Source of the DNA: the human T2T-CHM13v2.0 reference genome, Homo sapiens | Assembly (NCBI RefSeq): GCF_009914755.1 | Contig: NC_060930.1 | Length of the DNA stretch: 64,000 nucleotides | Direction: 5' to 3' (one strand) | Shown: positions 1 to 12,560 of the stretch, piece after piece | Position numbering within the stretch: the first letter of the stretch is position 1 | Layout of the letters: every line of letters starts with the position of its first letter | Made by a program: the position numbers and the translations under genes | The notes under the pieces: model-generated | Told to the model about the DNA's origin: nothing | The model's database searches: none | Seen by the model: the letters and a program-made list of their open reading frames with translations, nothing else

Positions 1-774
1 AAAGCTGATATCCTAGTGAGAAATAATATAATTAAACCAACAATTAATGGTAAAAATAACTTCTACAACCATGTGGTTGACAGCAAAAAGAACAGAAGCT
101 CTTAAACTACTGTTGGGAGTGTAGGAAAGGCTTTTTTTTCCCCCCCAGAGGAAAGGGCATTTAATCTGAGATTCAAAATAAATATAACTTACCTTGACAA
201 AGTAATTTACAAGATAGGAGGAGTGGATGGTTTAGTAAGGAAGATACTATACAAAGGACCAAAAGATTGCAAAGACTGTGGGGGCATTGAAGAAATAAAA
301 GGCTCGTGAATACGGCCAAAGTGGCTGCAAGGGGAAGATGAGTCTGAAAAGTTGAGACAGAAGGAATATACATACAGAAATAAAAACTAAGAGAATATGC
401 CATTGAAGAATCCAACATAAAATGTCGTTGACTATGGGCAATCCTTTTGAGCAAACAACAAAATAACATTGCTGCATAAAAAAAAAAAGTAGCAAAGATG
501 CTGTTGTTCTTAATGAGGACAGTTCCAGAAGTTAGGGATAGAAGCTACTCTGTAGTGGACTGATAAATAAGTGGATATTGAGACAGTAGAGGCATTGAAT
601 AGAGACCTATTATAGAAGCCTAATTAATCCATTTATTGTTGACTTACTGAAAATATTATAGATAGATTTCAGAGTTCAAGATACCTAGAAATTTGAGCAC
701 TGGTGATGCTATAGTACAAACAATGGAAACCAAAAAATAGTGTAATTATCTCTTTGAGATGTTGAGATGCAATT

Positions 775-900
775 ATGAACAGCCTGGAATTCTATTCCAG
801 GGAAATAGTATCTTTTAGGGATGAAGGTGACATGAATTTATTTTCAATCAAAGAAAAACTGAAAGCCTTCATCATCAGCAGATTTATACTGCAGGAAATA
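775..900 (+). mobile_element. Ancient L1M ORF1 C-terminal fragment
   Basis: Frame 775..993 reads FYSREIVSFRDEGDMNLFSIKEKLKAFIISRFILQEI, resembling the L1 ORF1p C-terminal motif LYPAKLSFxxEGEIKxFxDKQKLREFxTxRPALQE. Confidence 0.65.
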
Positions 901-955
901 CCAAAGATTCATGCTACAAGAAATACCAAAGATTCATGCTACAAGAAATACCAAA
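895..955. repeat. 25-bp tandem repeat, ~2.4 copies
   Basis: gaaataccaaagattcatgctacaa at 895-919 and 920-944, partial copy at 945-955. Confidence 0.95.
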
Positions 956-1009
956 AGAAATTATTGCAGATGAAAAATTTTAAAGTTATGTGAAGCATAG
1001 GATGAGACT

Positions 1010-1410
1010 ATATTTTTTCAGAGAGGACTTACCTTTGCTTCTGTCAGGCAGCCAGAGAAACTTGCAATCTGGGATCGCCTTAACCCAAGCTCAAGGATCA
1101 AGATGATTCAAAGTTGGGCATCAGTCCCCGAGAGAGCAAGCTACTTGTAATTCACCCTGACTCCTATCAAAAGAGCTGCTCATCTCCTTAGACTTTCAGC
1201 CAAATTTTCAGGAACCGCAGATGTCCCTAAGGAAAAAGTAGGCTCAATTGCCAAGCTTACTTGTCTAGGTTTCAGCTTCTCCCAGATCTTGGCCTTCAGA
1301 GCTCTCCAAAGCATTCAAGTATTTGAATATTTATCCAGTTTTTTTAGTGTCTTTAGCAGGAGTGTTAGTAGGAATTATTTAATCTACCATTACCAGAAAT
1401 AGAAGTCTGA
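1010..1410 (-). mobile_element. Old L1M 5'-region-like remnant
   Basis: gagaggacttacctttgcttctgtcaggca... resembles antisense L1M 5' sequence (recall only). Confidence 0.4.
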
Positions 1411-3668
1411 AGTTTGTGCTATGTAAATAACCAAGTAACCAAACTTCAAAATGTAAATTGCTTTAACACAGTCACATAAAACAAGTAGGACCATTACACT
1501 GACGTTGTCCTTGGATATGTGCTTTTGCCAGAAGTACACCAATATATAGTCTGAATGGGGAGCCATTTGTTTCAAGAGTGAAGCAAAATCCTGCCTTGCC
1601 TAATGCTCAGAATTTCCTTCTATTGGATTCTCAACTTCTACGTAAGGTATTGTCTTGTAAAGACAACAGAAAAAGAACACATACTGAAGAGAGTCCACAT
1701 GCATACATTGTAACATCAACATTTTTATCAGTTCCATATGGTAAGCTGCCACCAAGAAGAGAAACATTTGTATTGATTTTTTTTCTGATTAAAAAAGTAA
1801 ATATTTAGACAATAGAGAAAAATATAAAGAGTAAAAATATTCCCTATGATCTTACCACTTGTATATAATTACTATGAACATTTTGTTACATATTGTTCCA
1901 TTCCTGAATTATATGTTACATCTATACTATACATTATATTTAGTAAACATGTTTAAAGTTTTCAAATAAAAATGTAACCATGCTGCAGATACTCTTTCCT
2001 ACCTGTTCTTTTTTTTTTCTTAATACATTGGTGATTTTTCTATCTTAGTTAATTTGTATTAATTCATTTCTTTTTATAATTGTTTAATATTCTATATTTT
2101 AAAAATTATTTATTGATGGTATTCAAGTAGTTTCTATGACCTTTGATTTTTCTCTCAACATGTATTCCTTAACATATTCTCTTCTCCAATTCCTGCTGGT
2201 GGAACTTGGGGATGTCAAAACAGTGCAAAGGTGCAGTCTCCAGTAGGAATGGACAAAAGAGGGAAATTGTGACAATTCACGTGTGAGAGAAAGTCACAGT
2301 TCTACCTAGGCTTTATTTATTTTTTCTTTCCTTTTGGATTTATTGAAGTGGTCTAAAGTTAGCTGGGGTATTGTAAATCCCACATTCCCTCTTTACTCAC
2401 CCAGCTTCTCTTATTGAAGAACACCAAGGTAAAATACAAGCTTCATACAAACTGTGCATCAGATGAAGTAAAAATAAACAATGGGCCACCCTTCTGGGAG
2501 ACAGCCTCCTCTAGGAACTGTCTTTGCTTTATGTCGTACTGTGTAGACCTTGGGGATTTTCTGAGTTCTGTTGGGGAAACCTAACTACTCAGTTTGTAAG
2601 TTCTTCTCCTTTGTTAATGTTGAATAACAGGCCAGTCAACAACAATCAGTTTTTCTTTTAATCTAAGTCATTCTCCTTCACAACTTCCAGAAAAGAAAAA
2701 TTAATGTTTCTTGACCATTGACAGCTTCTGTATTTTAGCAATACCAAGTATTTTTTAAAAGTTGTTTTTGTATTTTTTCATTTTTAAATTTGCTTTTTAA
2801 TTTTTTCATCATGTCAGTGATATTTTACAGGGATGTGTAGACTCAATCATTATTGAAATGGAATGTTGACCCTTTAAGGTTTAATGGGGAGGAAGAAGAT
2901 GAAAATATTTAATATCCTTGTTAAACATGGGCTGGCATCATGGGATGTTGCTGATGGAGGTGTTTCACATTTTAATCATGCCAAAGAACCACCAAACTCC
3001 TGGGTTGGTGTAAGGACTGGAACACTAGACAGAGATGCAAATGTGTATAAAGAAAAGGTAATAATATTTTGGGAACATGCTCTCTTGACTTCGCTTGGTG
3101 TAGAACAGACTCAGTAATTGAATTACCCTGTGGATAGGATTGTGATGTTGTAATAAGGTCCTTTGCTCTTTTAGATACTAACGATTTATTGATGTTTTCA
3201 AAAGAACCTTTTTTTAACTGTCTTCTTGGATGAAACAAATATTATAATCAATTTTTTTAAGAGCTTGACTTTCTGATTTTGTTACCTTAAAAGTTCTTTC
3301 TCTGTGTTTGGATAGAATTTCAGTTGCTGCTGGCTGGCAGCCATTCTTGAATGAGAGAAGAGAGTTGTGCTGGCAGGCGAATGAATTTGTCCTACATGTC
3401 CTCTCCAGCAGAATGTCATGTGGGGTCAACTTCTAGTCCCAAGTTTGATATCATCTGATGAATTCCTCTGTACAGATATTCTGATTCTTCCATGTTATAG
3501 TATGGAGCTGCTTCATAGATCTTTGGTTATGTGGACATTTGTATATCTACCATTTTTCTATGCCCAAACAGATTCTGGATGAATCTGTTTTTAAAAAACT
3601 ATCTGGGATCACCAATTAAATGATTTTCCTGATGCTAGGGTCAGTGATTGTTCGAGCTCAGTAGAAGC

Positions 3669-4155
3669 TGTGGTGTCTTGCCTAGGTCCCCCTTCCTGGG
3701 TTGTTGCACTTATTCCTCAGCTGCTGGCAATGCTGTTTGCAAATGTATCAGAGCTCCCATCCACCCACCTCCTAACTCCTCATCTCTCCACCCACTGCGC
3801 CCTAAAAATTGCCCTTAGCTATTAGGAGCAAACTAGCCAAGGAGGCTGTGACACTTCTTTCCTCCTTCAGGAATGGTATGTAAACAATGCCTGGAATATA
3901 CAGGGCTATAGAAGTCTAGCTTTCTTGCCTCAAAAGGGAACAACACTCCAGTGGGATTTATATTTCAGACTCCCTACAATACAAATGGATCAGCCCAAGA
4001 CTACACTTTACCCGAGACCACATTCTTGATCACCTCTTTCTTCTTCCCTATCCTGCTTTATGCTCACTCTTAGAGGCACTCCTGAAAACATCTTCCTCAA
4101 TAAAGCTCTAAAAACCCTGGATCAGGCTTTGTTTCTAGGGAAACTGGCTTAAAAT
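3669..4155 (+). mobile_element. ERVL 5' LTR (LTR16 family)
   Basis: Starts TG; ends ...caataaa...caggctttgtttctagggaaactggcttaaaa like the LTR16 3' end; directly followed by ERVL leader (gtggtcttagaaagcagacc). Confidence 0.7.
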
Positions 4156-4715
4156 TCTATCAAAAGTGGTCTTAGAAAGCAGACCTCAAGAATGGCATCC
4201 TGAAGTTAGAAACTTGAGAGCTGGCTTATACCAATGACTTATCACTGGTGGTAGCTTCTGACATGCAGCCACAGTGCAATTGCTAAGGTTATCACTGAGG
4301 TCAACTTGGATGGGATATGGGCAGAAGAAGATGCACTGGTTTGTGCAAAATCTCTGGTGTTGGAGAGGTACAAGAGAAATATAAATTTGAAGGTCTGTGG
4401 AATTCAGAGGCTATTTCTGAATGCCATTGATGTTTCAAAGAGATGAAATAACAGGCTCAGGGCAATCAATCACCAATTTAAAGCCAAGTATGAAAGTCAG
4501 AGGGCCTCTTTGGCAGCTTGTAAACAGACCTTCAGTTCCTACAGCTGGAGGGCAGATGAACTGAAGAACAGGCATAGGACTTAATTATAAAAGTCACAGA
4601 ACTAAAGAGAAAGCATAATTCCCAGCCATGGAAAGTCTTATATGCCAAACTCAGAGTCCTGAAAAGTAAAGAAAAGGGCACTGAAACTTGGGATAGGGTT
4701 ATCTGGGTATATATA

Positions 4716-5585
4716 GAGTAAATCTTCACTTAATGTTATTGATATTTTTTTGGAAATGGTGATTTTGAATAAAATGACACATAATGAAACAAAATTTACC
4801 ATAGACTAATTTATATAAACAAGAGTTAAGTTCCTATGGAATATTTCTGGTCAAAAAAAAATCACCAAACTTCTAAATAAAGACCCCAAACACTCCTAAT
4901 ATTAAACACTGACTTAAGTGTGAGCAGTACACACACTTAAGAAAGATTAATAAAAACACATAAGATAATTCTTTACCCATTTTTTTTTGGTGAATCAGTG
5001 AGTGATGGTGATCATGGTGCAGGTGGGTTAAATGAAGGAATAAATGTTTGCAAAGCAAAAATTGTAAGAGCACCTCTTGCCAGCACACAGTTCAAATGCA
5101 AATAAATATTGTGGGCTCAATGGGCACTTTCTCCCTGCATCATTTATTGTTGTGCATTTGTGTGATTATCATAGACTTGAAGAATTTTTATTTGATAGTA
5201 ATTTGTGTTCCATTCATTCATTTATTTTCCAACCCACTTGTTCCAGTTCAGGGTCAAGTGTGTTAGGAGCCTATGATGGCAGTTGAGGGCAGAAGTAAGA
5301 ACCAGCCCTGGACAGGGCTCCATCCCATCATTGCAGGGCATACTCACACATACACCCATGCACACTCAGACTGCGACAACGTGGACATTCCACTTCACCT
5401 CATGTGTACATCTTTGGGTTGTTGGAGGAAATTGGAGTATCTAGAGGAAATCCATGCAGACATGGAGACAGTGTACAAACTACACAAACAGTGGCTCTGG
5501 CCAGAATGCCAGAATGGATTGCTTTTCTTATCAATGTTACAATACAATGACATCGAATGAAACAATGTTATTTGAGGATCTGCTG
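4716..5585 (-). mobile_element. MER6 non-autonomous Tc1/mariner-Tigger DNA transposon, apparently full length
   Basis: Terminal inverted repeats gagtaaatcttcacttaatg / tgttatttgaggatctgctg, TA on both sides (4714-4715, 5586-5587), ~870 bp, body matches recalled MER6. Confidence 0.9.
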
Positions 5586-6338
5586 TACATGTAATCCTTG
5601 GACTCCCAGATTCCCCTGGAACTTTTGGGTTTGTACAGTGGTCCCCCTTGTTGAAAGATAATGCCTCTGCCACCTCTTGGTTGAAGACTGTGAGAAAACT
5701 CACATGAGGCAGGCAGATGCTTTACAGGATGTTACTAAGTACTTCTGGATCTGCCTCCTACTCCCTTCTTGGTCACATAAACAGCAACTAGGATCACTAT
5801 CTTAGCCTAACACAGTTGAAAAAATGTGGAGCTTCCTAAAGGAGGGGATGGATTATATGCTCAGAGTTGCAAGAATAGCTAACAAGTACAGCAGTAACTA
5901 AGAAAGCATTCTTGAGAGTGGATTCTAAAGGTGTTGGATAAGGATTGTGGGGTAGAATATAAAGTTAAATAAGGGAGAGTATGCTAATATAGGGGGACCC
6001 TCCTGTGATACAAAATTTAACAACCAACAGTAGTTCTAAGACACTCCTTGGGAGTATCTTGGAAGCTTGAAAAGCAATGGCTTACATTTAATATAGTAGA
6101 GATGCTAGATTACTGTGACAGACTGGTGGAAATGACCAAAGGCTCAGCAAAGTGGGCATTCTAGAAAGGATTTATTGTATAAATCTTGAAGACCTGCTTG
6201 CTGATTAACTTTCTTAGAAGAATCTAGTGTATAATACATTTATGAAGGAGACATCATCATTATTTAGAAGCTCATATTGGCTATACTTTGTAGGCTGGAA
6301 CTAGATAGAAGAAAACACTATACAGAATTGGATACCAT

Positions 6339-6685
6339 TGTAAGGTACTCTCCAGCTCTCATATATTTCAGGGATTGCCTCGGCTACAGAGAGCTGCCTG
6401 TCTCATGGTCACTCCCTTTATGGATCGATGCAAGTACAAATGCCTGGTTACTTTGGTCGAATGCAAGATAATTCTGCAGGGCCTTTTTAGCTATCTACGG
6501 AGACATTTATCTGGAAATCCCCATGGAGTTGGACAAGACTGAATTAGAGCTTGAATTATTCTCCCCAATCCTTCTTCCTTCTTCTCCCTTCTACAAGTGT
6601 TGCTCTCAAGAGGACTCCTTAATAAACACTCTGTGTTCTAAATTCCATAACTGAGCCAACTCTTATGGGAACCTAACCTGTGACA
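6339..6685 (+). mobile_element. Solo ERVL LTR (LTR16A/LTR33-like) within the ERVL internal region
   Basis: TG...CA ends; aataaa near 6621; 3' end gggaacctaacctgtgaca. Confidence 0.65.
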
Positions 6686-7603
6686 GGCCTCAAGGAGATT
6701 TCCTGTGACCAGGTGACAGAGGGGGATAAAACTTGAGCTTGGTTCACAGATAAAGTGGCTTGCTACCACGGTATGATCCTAAGATAAATAGCTGATGCAT
6801 TACACTTCCATTCAGGTGTAGCTTTGAAACAAAATGATGAAGGAAGGAAACTAACCAATAGGAAGAGCTTTAAATTATTAACTTGCATAAAGAAAGAAAT
6901 GGTTTGAGATAACAACATTTATGGATTTATCGATAGTAACAAATAATCTAGCCTTTAGTCAAGGGATCTGGAAGGAGCAATATTGTGAGATCAGGGTCCA
7001 AGAGGTTTAAGAGGAGACATGTAGGTGGATCTATGGATGTGGAAAGGAAGCATGAAGCTCTTCTCATTGCATGCTAGAGCAGACTCATTGTAGGAGAGGT
7101 GCTAAATAACCAAATAGACAGGATGACTTGGCTGATTGTTTTTAGCTCCTGCCCTTGACTATGACAATAGTGGCACCATGGGTGTATGAATGGAGAAGCC
7201 ATGGGACAGATATGGACTGTATGTATATGCCTAAGAATATGGGCTCCATCTTACCAAGGCCTGTGTAGCCAGTCACTACTGCTGAATGCCCAACTCGTCA
7301 GCAATAGAAACTAATGCTAAGTGTCCTGCATGTGAGTATTCCCCAAAGAGCTCAATCTGCCACTTGGTGCAAGTTTGATTTTGTAGGACCCTTTCCATTT
7401 TGAAAAGGGCAGAATTTATCCTAACCAGGATTAACACATATGGGTTCACTTTTCTTTCCTATAGGACTTTGACAAATACAATTTTTCATGGACTTGTGGA
7501 GTGTTTGATTTGCTGATATGATATTCTGCATAATAACATCTCAGACCAGAACAATCTTTTCTTGGCAAAGGAGATAGAGAAGTGGGCACATGACTATGGG
7601 GAC

Positions 7604-8201
7604 TGCCTTAGTCTATTTTGTGTTGCTATAACATAATACCTAAGGCTGGATAGTTGATAAAGAAAAGAGGTTTATTTGGCTCACGGTCCTATAGGCTGTA
7701 CACAAAACATGGCTTTTGTGCTGCATCAAAACATGTTGCAGAAGGTCAAAGAAGAATATGCACATGTGAAGAAGGACCAAACATTGATAAATGTTACTAC
7801 CTCAAACCATTTTCCTCTTTACACAAGTTAATAACTAGGAGATCTTCTCAAAGCTCTGCCTATTGGTTGATATCCTTCCTTCACTGTTGTTCTTAAGGCC
7901 ACACCTGAGTGGAAGTGTAATGCATCAGCTATTCATCTTGGAGTTGCACCACCACACCAAGCTTTATAATTATCTTTATAATAGCCCACTCTGATGGGAA
8001 CTAATCCAGTCCCATGAGAACTAATTCCATCTTGCTAGAATGTGAACTTGCTCACTACCATGAGAACAACACCAGCCCTTTCATGAGGTACATACCTTCA
8101 TGACTCAAACACCCCCAGCTAGTCCCAACCCCAGCACATTGGGGATGCAATTTTAACATGAGTTTTGATGGGGACAAACAAACTGCATGCAAACCATAGC
8201 A
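7604..8201 (-). mobile_element. MaLR LTR (MSTC/MSTD-like) carrying an internal foreign insert
   Basis: tgccttagtctattttgtgttgctataac...gaggtttatttggctcac...aaaccatagca; TSD gggac/gggcc (7599-7603, 8202-8206). Confidence 0.85.
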
Positions 8202-8398
8202 GGGCCTACTGGTCTCATCAACTACGGCATCCAGTGCTATCCTTGCAGAATGCTTGAGTGACCTTTAAAAGATGCAGATTAAGCACCAGTTTGCACGTGA
8301 CACTTTGAAAAGATGGGACATTATTCTTTAGAATGTAGTTTACTTCTTACACCATATCAATTGCATGGTGCTATGTTAGCAAAAGGCATAATCTATAG

Positions 8399-8773
8399 TG
8401 TTATGGACTTAATTGTGTGTTCCCCCCCTTTTATATCTTGAAGCCCTAACCCCTAATGTGACTATATTTTGATATATGGCTTTTACTTAGGTAAGTAGGG
8501 TTACACAAAGCTATAATCCAATATGAGTAGTGTCATTATAAGAAAAGGAAGGGATATCAAGGATGCGTATACTCAAAGGAGAGGCCATGTGAGTATATGG
8601 AGAGAAAACGGCCATCTGCAAATCAAAGAAAGAGATGTCAGGAGAAACCAATCCTGCAACCATCTTGATCTTGGACTTTTCTTCTTCAGAACCGTGAGAA
8701 AATAAATAAATTTCTGTTAGTTAAGCCAGCTAGTCTGTGGTATTTTGTTATGACAGCCCCAGCAAACTAATAA
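8399..8773 (+). mobile_element. MLT1B MaLR solo LTR
   Basis: tgttatggacttaattgtg...aataaatttctgttagttaagcc...gcaaactaata; possible TSD tatag/tatat. Confidence 0.85.
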
Positions 8774-9460
8774 TATATGCGGTTTGGGAACGAAGTGTGA
8801 AAGTGGGAGTGGCTCCATTCACCATCACTTTCCAGTAATCACTTGGAGAATTTGTGCTTCCTGATCCTGAAACCTTAAGCCCTCTGAGTCTAGACATCTG
8901 TGTGTTTAGAGTGGGTTATTTCCAGCTGTGGAAAGCTGTACACTAAAATTCCTACTACTGTACTTATAAAGGTACACATGCCACTTGGTAGCTTTAGGCA
9001 GTGTGTGCCGGTAGACCATCAAACACAATTTAGGAATAATCCACCCTTTCCTTTTTGGGAGTTAGGAAAGCTAGGGAGGAGGGAAGAACTTGTTTGACGC
9101 TCAGCTGATCCATTGGGCAGGGTAGGGAACCGTCTCTGGATCTTCCTATGCTCATTTGTACCTGTGAATGGTACAGCAACAATGACCTTCCTAGTAAGGG
9201 CATCAGAATGGGAGCTCAATCCTCAGGAATAAGTCTATGTGTTACACCATGAGGTAAGCTACCTCAGCTAGTGGACTTGCTAGAGAGAGAGAGAGAGGAA
9301 CATATGTTCGATGATGGAAGGAGATGATGGGTATCAGTTTTTTCCACAGAACCGATGCAGAAACTAGTAAGTTTCCTCAAGAATTGTAACTACAGTAGCC
9401 TGGAGAATCTGTGCTTGGATAGAGTAAAGTTGATGTAAGAAACAAGTGCATTTGAGTGGA

Positions 9461-9913
9461 TGCTATAGGTTTTCTGCCCAGATCCCCTTTACTAGGCCCC
9501 TTTTATTGTCCCCTAGCTGCGGGGAGTGGGGCTACCCGCAGCTCACTGCTGTCTCCTTCTCTGGAGATTTGCCCTCAGCTGAGGGAGTTGCCTCACCTAG
9601 GAGGTTATACAGCTCTCACCATCCAGGGGTGGCCATTGTTAAGACTGAATAATAAGGGGTACAATTGGCTGGCCCTCCAGCCTCAAGGAGAGGCATTTGT
9701 GTGGCACAGTTTATGCTTCAGACACCCGCTTCCATCCACGTTGAGGAGCACGCCAATGCTAGATTTGGCCTGAGGTCACATCTTTGCTCAGTTGTTCCTA
9801 CCCTGTTTTTCTCCCCCCTTCAGAACCTTTGCTTGAAGATCACGTTCTCAGTACATCATGTGCATTTAATCTATTTTCTCAGGCCCTGCTCCTAGGGAAC
9901 TGGACCTAAGACA
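9461..9913 (+). mobile_element. ERVL 3' LTR (LTR16 family)
   Basis: Follows purine-rich gagtgga; similar to 3669-4155; ends ctagggaactggacctaagaca. Confidence 0.75.
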
Positions 9914-11649
9914 ATTAGTCGTAAGATAAAGTCAACAGGACATATCAATAAGCTCAACTTGATAGAGCTGCTTCTCTGAGCCCAGCACTCTGCCATCAGT
10001 GTGTGGGTGTGCAATGACATGAGGAGCAGCTTCTGCTCCCATCAAGCTTACCATGTAGCTCGGAAGTGAAAACATAAGAGTGTGTACAATGTAAGTTGCA
10101 TCATAATGCTAGCTCTAGATACCAAATTGACAAGTGGTAAAATTTGAGGTCAGCAAACAGGAGTGTTTTCCTCAGAGATCTCCATAATTGAAAGTAAGTA
10201 TCAAAATGCTTGTTATTTAAAGGAATGTTGACTACCATAATTTGAGAATTTGTGTAAGGCTGACAATATGTATTAAAGTGATGAAGTTTGCGAAATGTTG
10301 TTAATTTACTGCATTCATGAGAATTTAAATCAAGTATATATATTTCCCAAATTTAGGATTTGAATCAATGCTCGCATGCTGTAAGGTGTTTATTCTAAAC
10401 TGAGCTAAAGCTAGAAGCATAGTGCCCAGGTGCCACTGTACACCCAGAGGACAGAGCACGTTTCTTTTCCTTGGGAACTGTCAGATAGCAACCATAGGTG
10501 GCAATGCAAGCTCAGCAGTAGCATTCTCTGCTCCCTGTCTGCAACAGCTGAAAGTGTCCTTTTAAGGCATTGCTGTTTTATTATTCTTGTATAAAACAGT
10601 CTGAATCTTTACAGTTTTCCCAGTGTCTTAAAGTGCATAATTACTTTAATTTAGGTTTTGGGGCAAGCTATATGTGGAAATGTAAAATAGTTGAACCTAC
10701 AGAAAAATATTTTATAAAGATACAAAAAGTAAATGGGGATGGAAAGGGTTTGAGTTTACCATTGACACAAAATAGGACAGAAGTTCGTGGCTAGTCCACT
10801 AAGAATCTAACCTGTTTTACTAATTTTTATTTTTCTATTTCCTGTTTCCTAGAAAGACAAGATGACTGTGGAAGTGGAAATTGATTCTTATTTAAATTTG
10901 GTTACATTTCTTAATTAATCTGGTGTTTGAATATTGTGAATAAAAAGATAATTGTTAAATAAAATAGTTCTTACAAATCATTTTAAGAAGCATAAGCATT
11001 TCATGTATTTCTGTTCTGTTATTTTAAGGCAACAGAGTCAGTGTACCAATATATGCATATGGATGCAAATAGATGAGTATGATTTTCCTGTCCATCATTA
11101 TAAAAGTACCTTTCCTAGTTGAACTGTTAATGAAATGATGAGAAAATCTGAGGTGAACATTTAGCAGTCTATTTTCATTTTGTTTCATCAAAAAGAATCT
11201 ATTTTACAATTACTATTTACTTGCAATAACCTGCAGCGAAAAATGATTTAATGTTCAATATGTGCATTAAAATGCACTTGCTTAATATGTAAAAGCTGAT
11301 GGAAATTTCATTTAAGCACAATTCCTGTGTCACAGATTTTAAGCAAAATGAAAGGAAGTTAGGGTACCATTTTAACATGGCTATAAAAATAATTTATTTC
11401 AGTGGCTGGAGGGAAGGAAGGATTGGTCAAAGTAATTTTTATCTTCGATGGGATTCCCCAGTAGCCTGCTTTCTTATTTGGCTTAATGCATGCCACAATA
11501 ATCATGCTATTTCTTGTGAGCATTTTTCTAGCTCACAGTAATAAGAATAATTGCATGGTGTTTACATTCTAAAGTGCCTTGTCTCACTAAGCTCTGAAGT
11601 CCTTTTTGAGTATTAATTTTCACAAGATTTCTGTGTAGCACACAAGCAT

Positions 11650-11790
11650 GTGTATTATTATCTTGTTATTCCTCTTTTAACAACAAGGATAGTGAGGCAC
11701 AGATGCAGAAAATGATACACAAGTCAGAGTCAGGATGCCAGAAACAGATTAAGAATTGTAACTTCCTGTTCAAAAGCAAGGCCATGCTTT
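11650..11790 (-). mobile_element. MIR fragment
   Basis: attattatc...gtgaggcacaga...caagtcaga, antisense MIR core. Confidence 0.5.
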
Positions 11791-12279
11791 CAAGGAATTA
11801 TTAAGGCACTTCATTGAATTCTGGCAATTAGTAGTTATCTTTTAACTCCTAGTTTTTACTCCTAGAACATTAACATTAATAGGAAAAATCTAATAACTTG
11901 TAGTTAGTTAATTCTGTTGCATCATGGGTAGTACAGAGATTGTAAACAAGCAAGTTGTACATAACTGTAAAATAGGAATGTTGTTGATAATAATTTGAAG
12001 TGTAAATGTTTAATGGCATGGATGAAAAATTCACAACAATTAAAACAAACAAACACAAACTTTTAAGTAATAGCCAGCCTGGAGGCTGCTCGGAACAACA
12101 ACAAAAAAAGAATTAGGTGTGTAATTTGAGTACAGAATCAAACCTGTCTAAATGTGTTGACCAGAATTCAAAGATGTGAACATCTGAAGATAGGCCTGGA
12201 ACACAACATACATGCAATATATGTTATTTTGTAATTACATGAATAATATATTTTAAGAATTTCTACACAAATTATTTTA

Positions 12280-12560
12280 ATATCTTTGAGGTATGATTAT
12301 AACACTGCAATTATATATTTTTAAGAATTGTATCCTTTAGAAATGATTATCTAAAAGATAGTATCTATTCTGCTTACAAATGAAATAATTTTGATGTTGG
12401 GGATTTGCTTCAGAGTAATCTGGGGAGTGTGGGGGGCTTGATAAAACAAGATTGGCCATTATCTGATAATTGCTAAAACGGTATAGTTGATATTTGGGGT
12501 TACATATATTCTTTACTTCTGTTTATATTTAAAATTTTCTATAATAAAAATTTTAAAATA
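12280..12560 (+). mobile_element. L1MC/ME 3' end
   Basis: gggatttgcttc...aaacaagattggcca...aaattttctataataaaaa. Confidence 0.6.

Larger units (their letters stand above)
4156..9460 (+). mobile_element. Decayed ERVL internal region (ERV3-16A3-like; RNase H, integrase and downstream pol remnants), interrupted by nested elements
   Basis: AWFTD (RNase H) near 6737; TAECPTRQQ (integrase Zn finger) near 7278; ATWxxxDFVGPFP near 7360; VGVAPFTITSSNHLENLCF near 8803; many stops and frameshifts. Confidence 0.8.
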
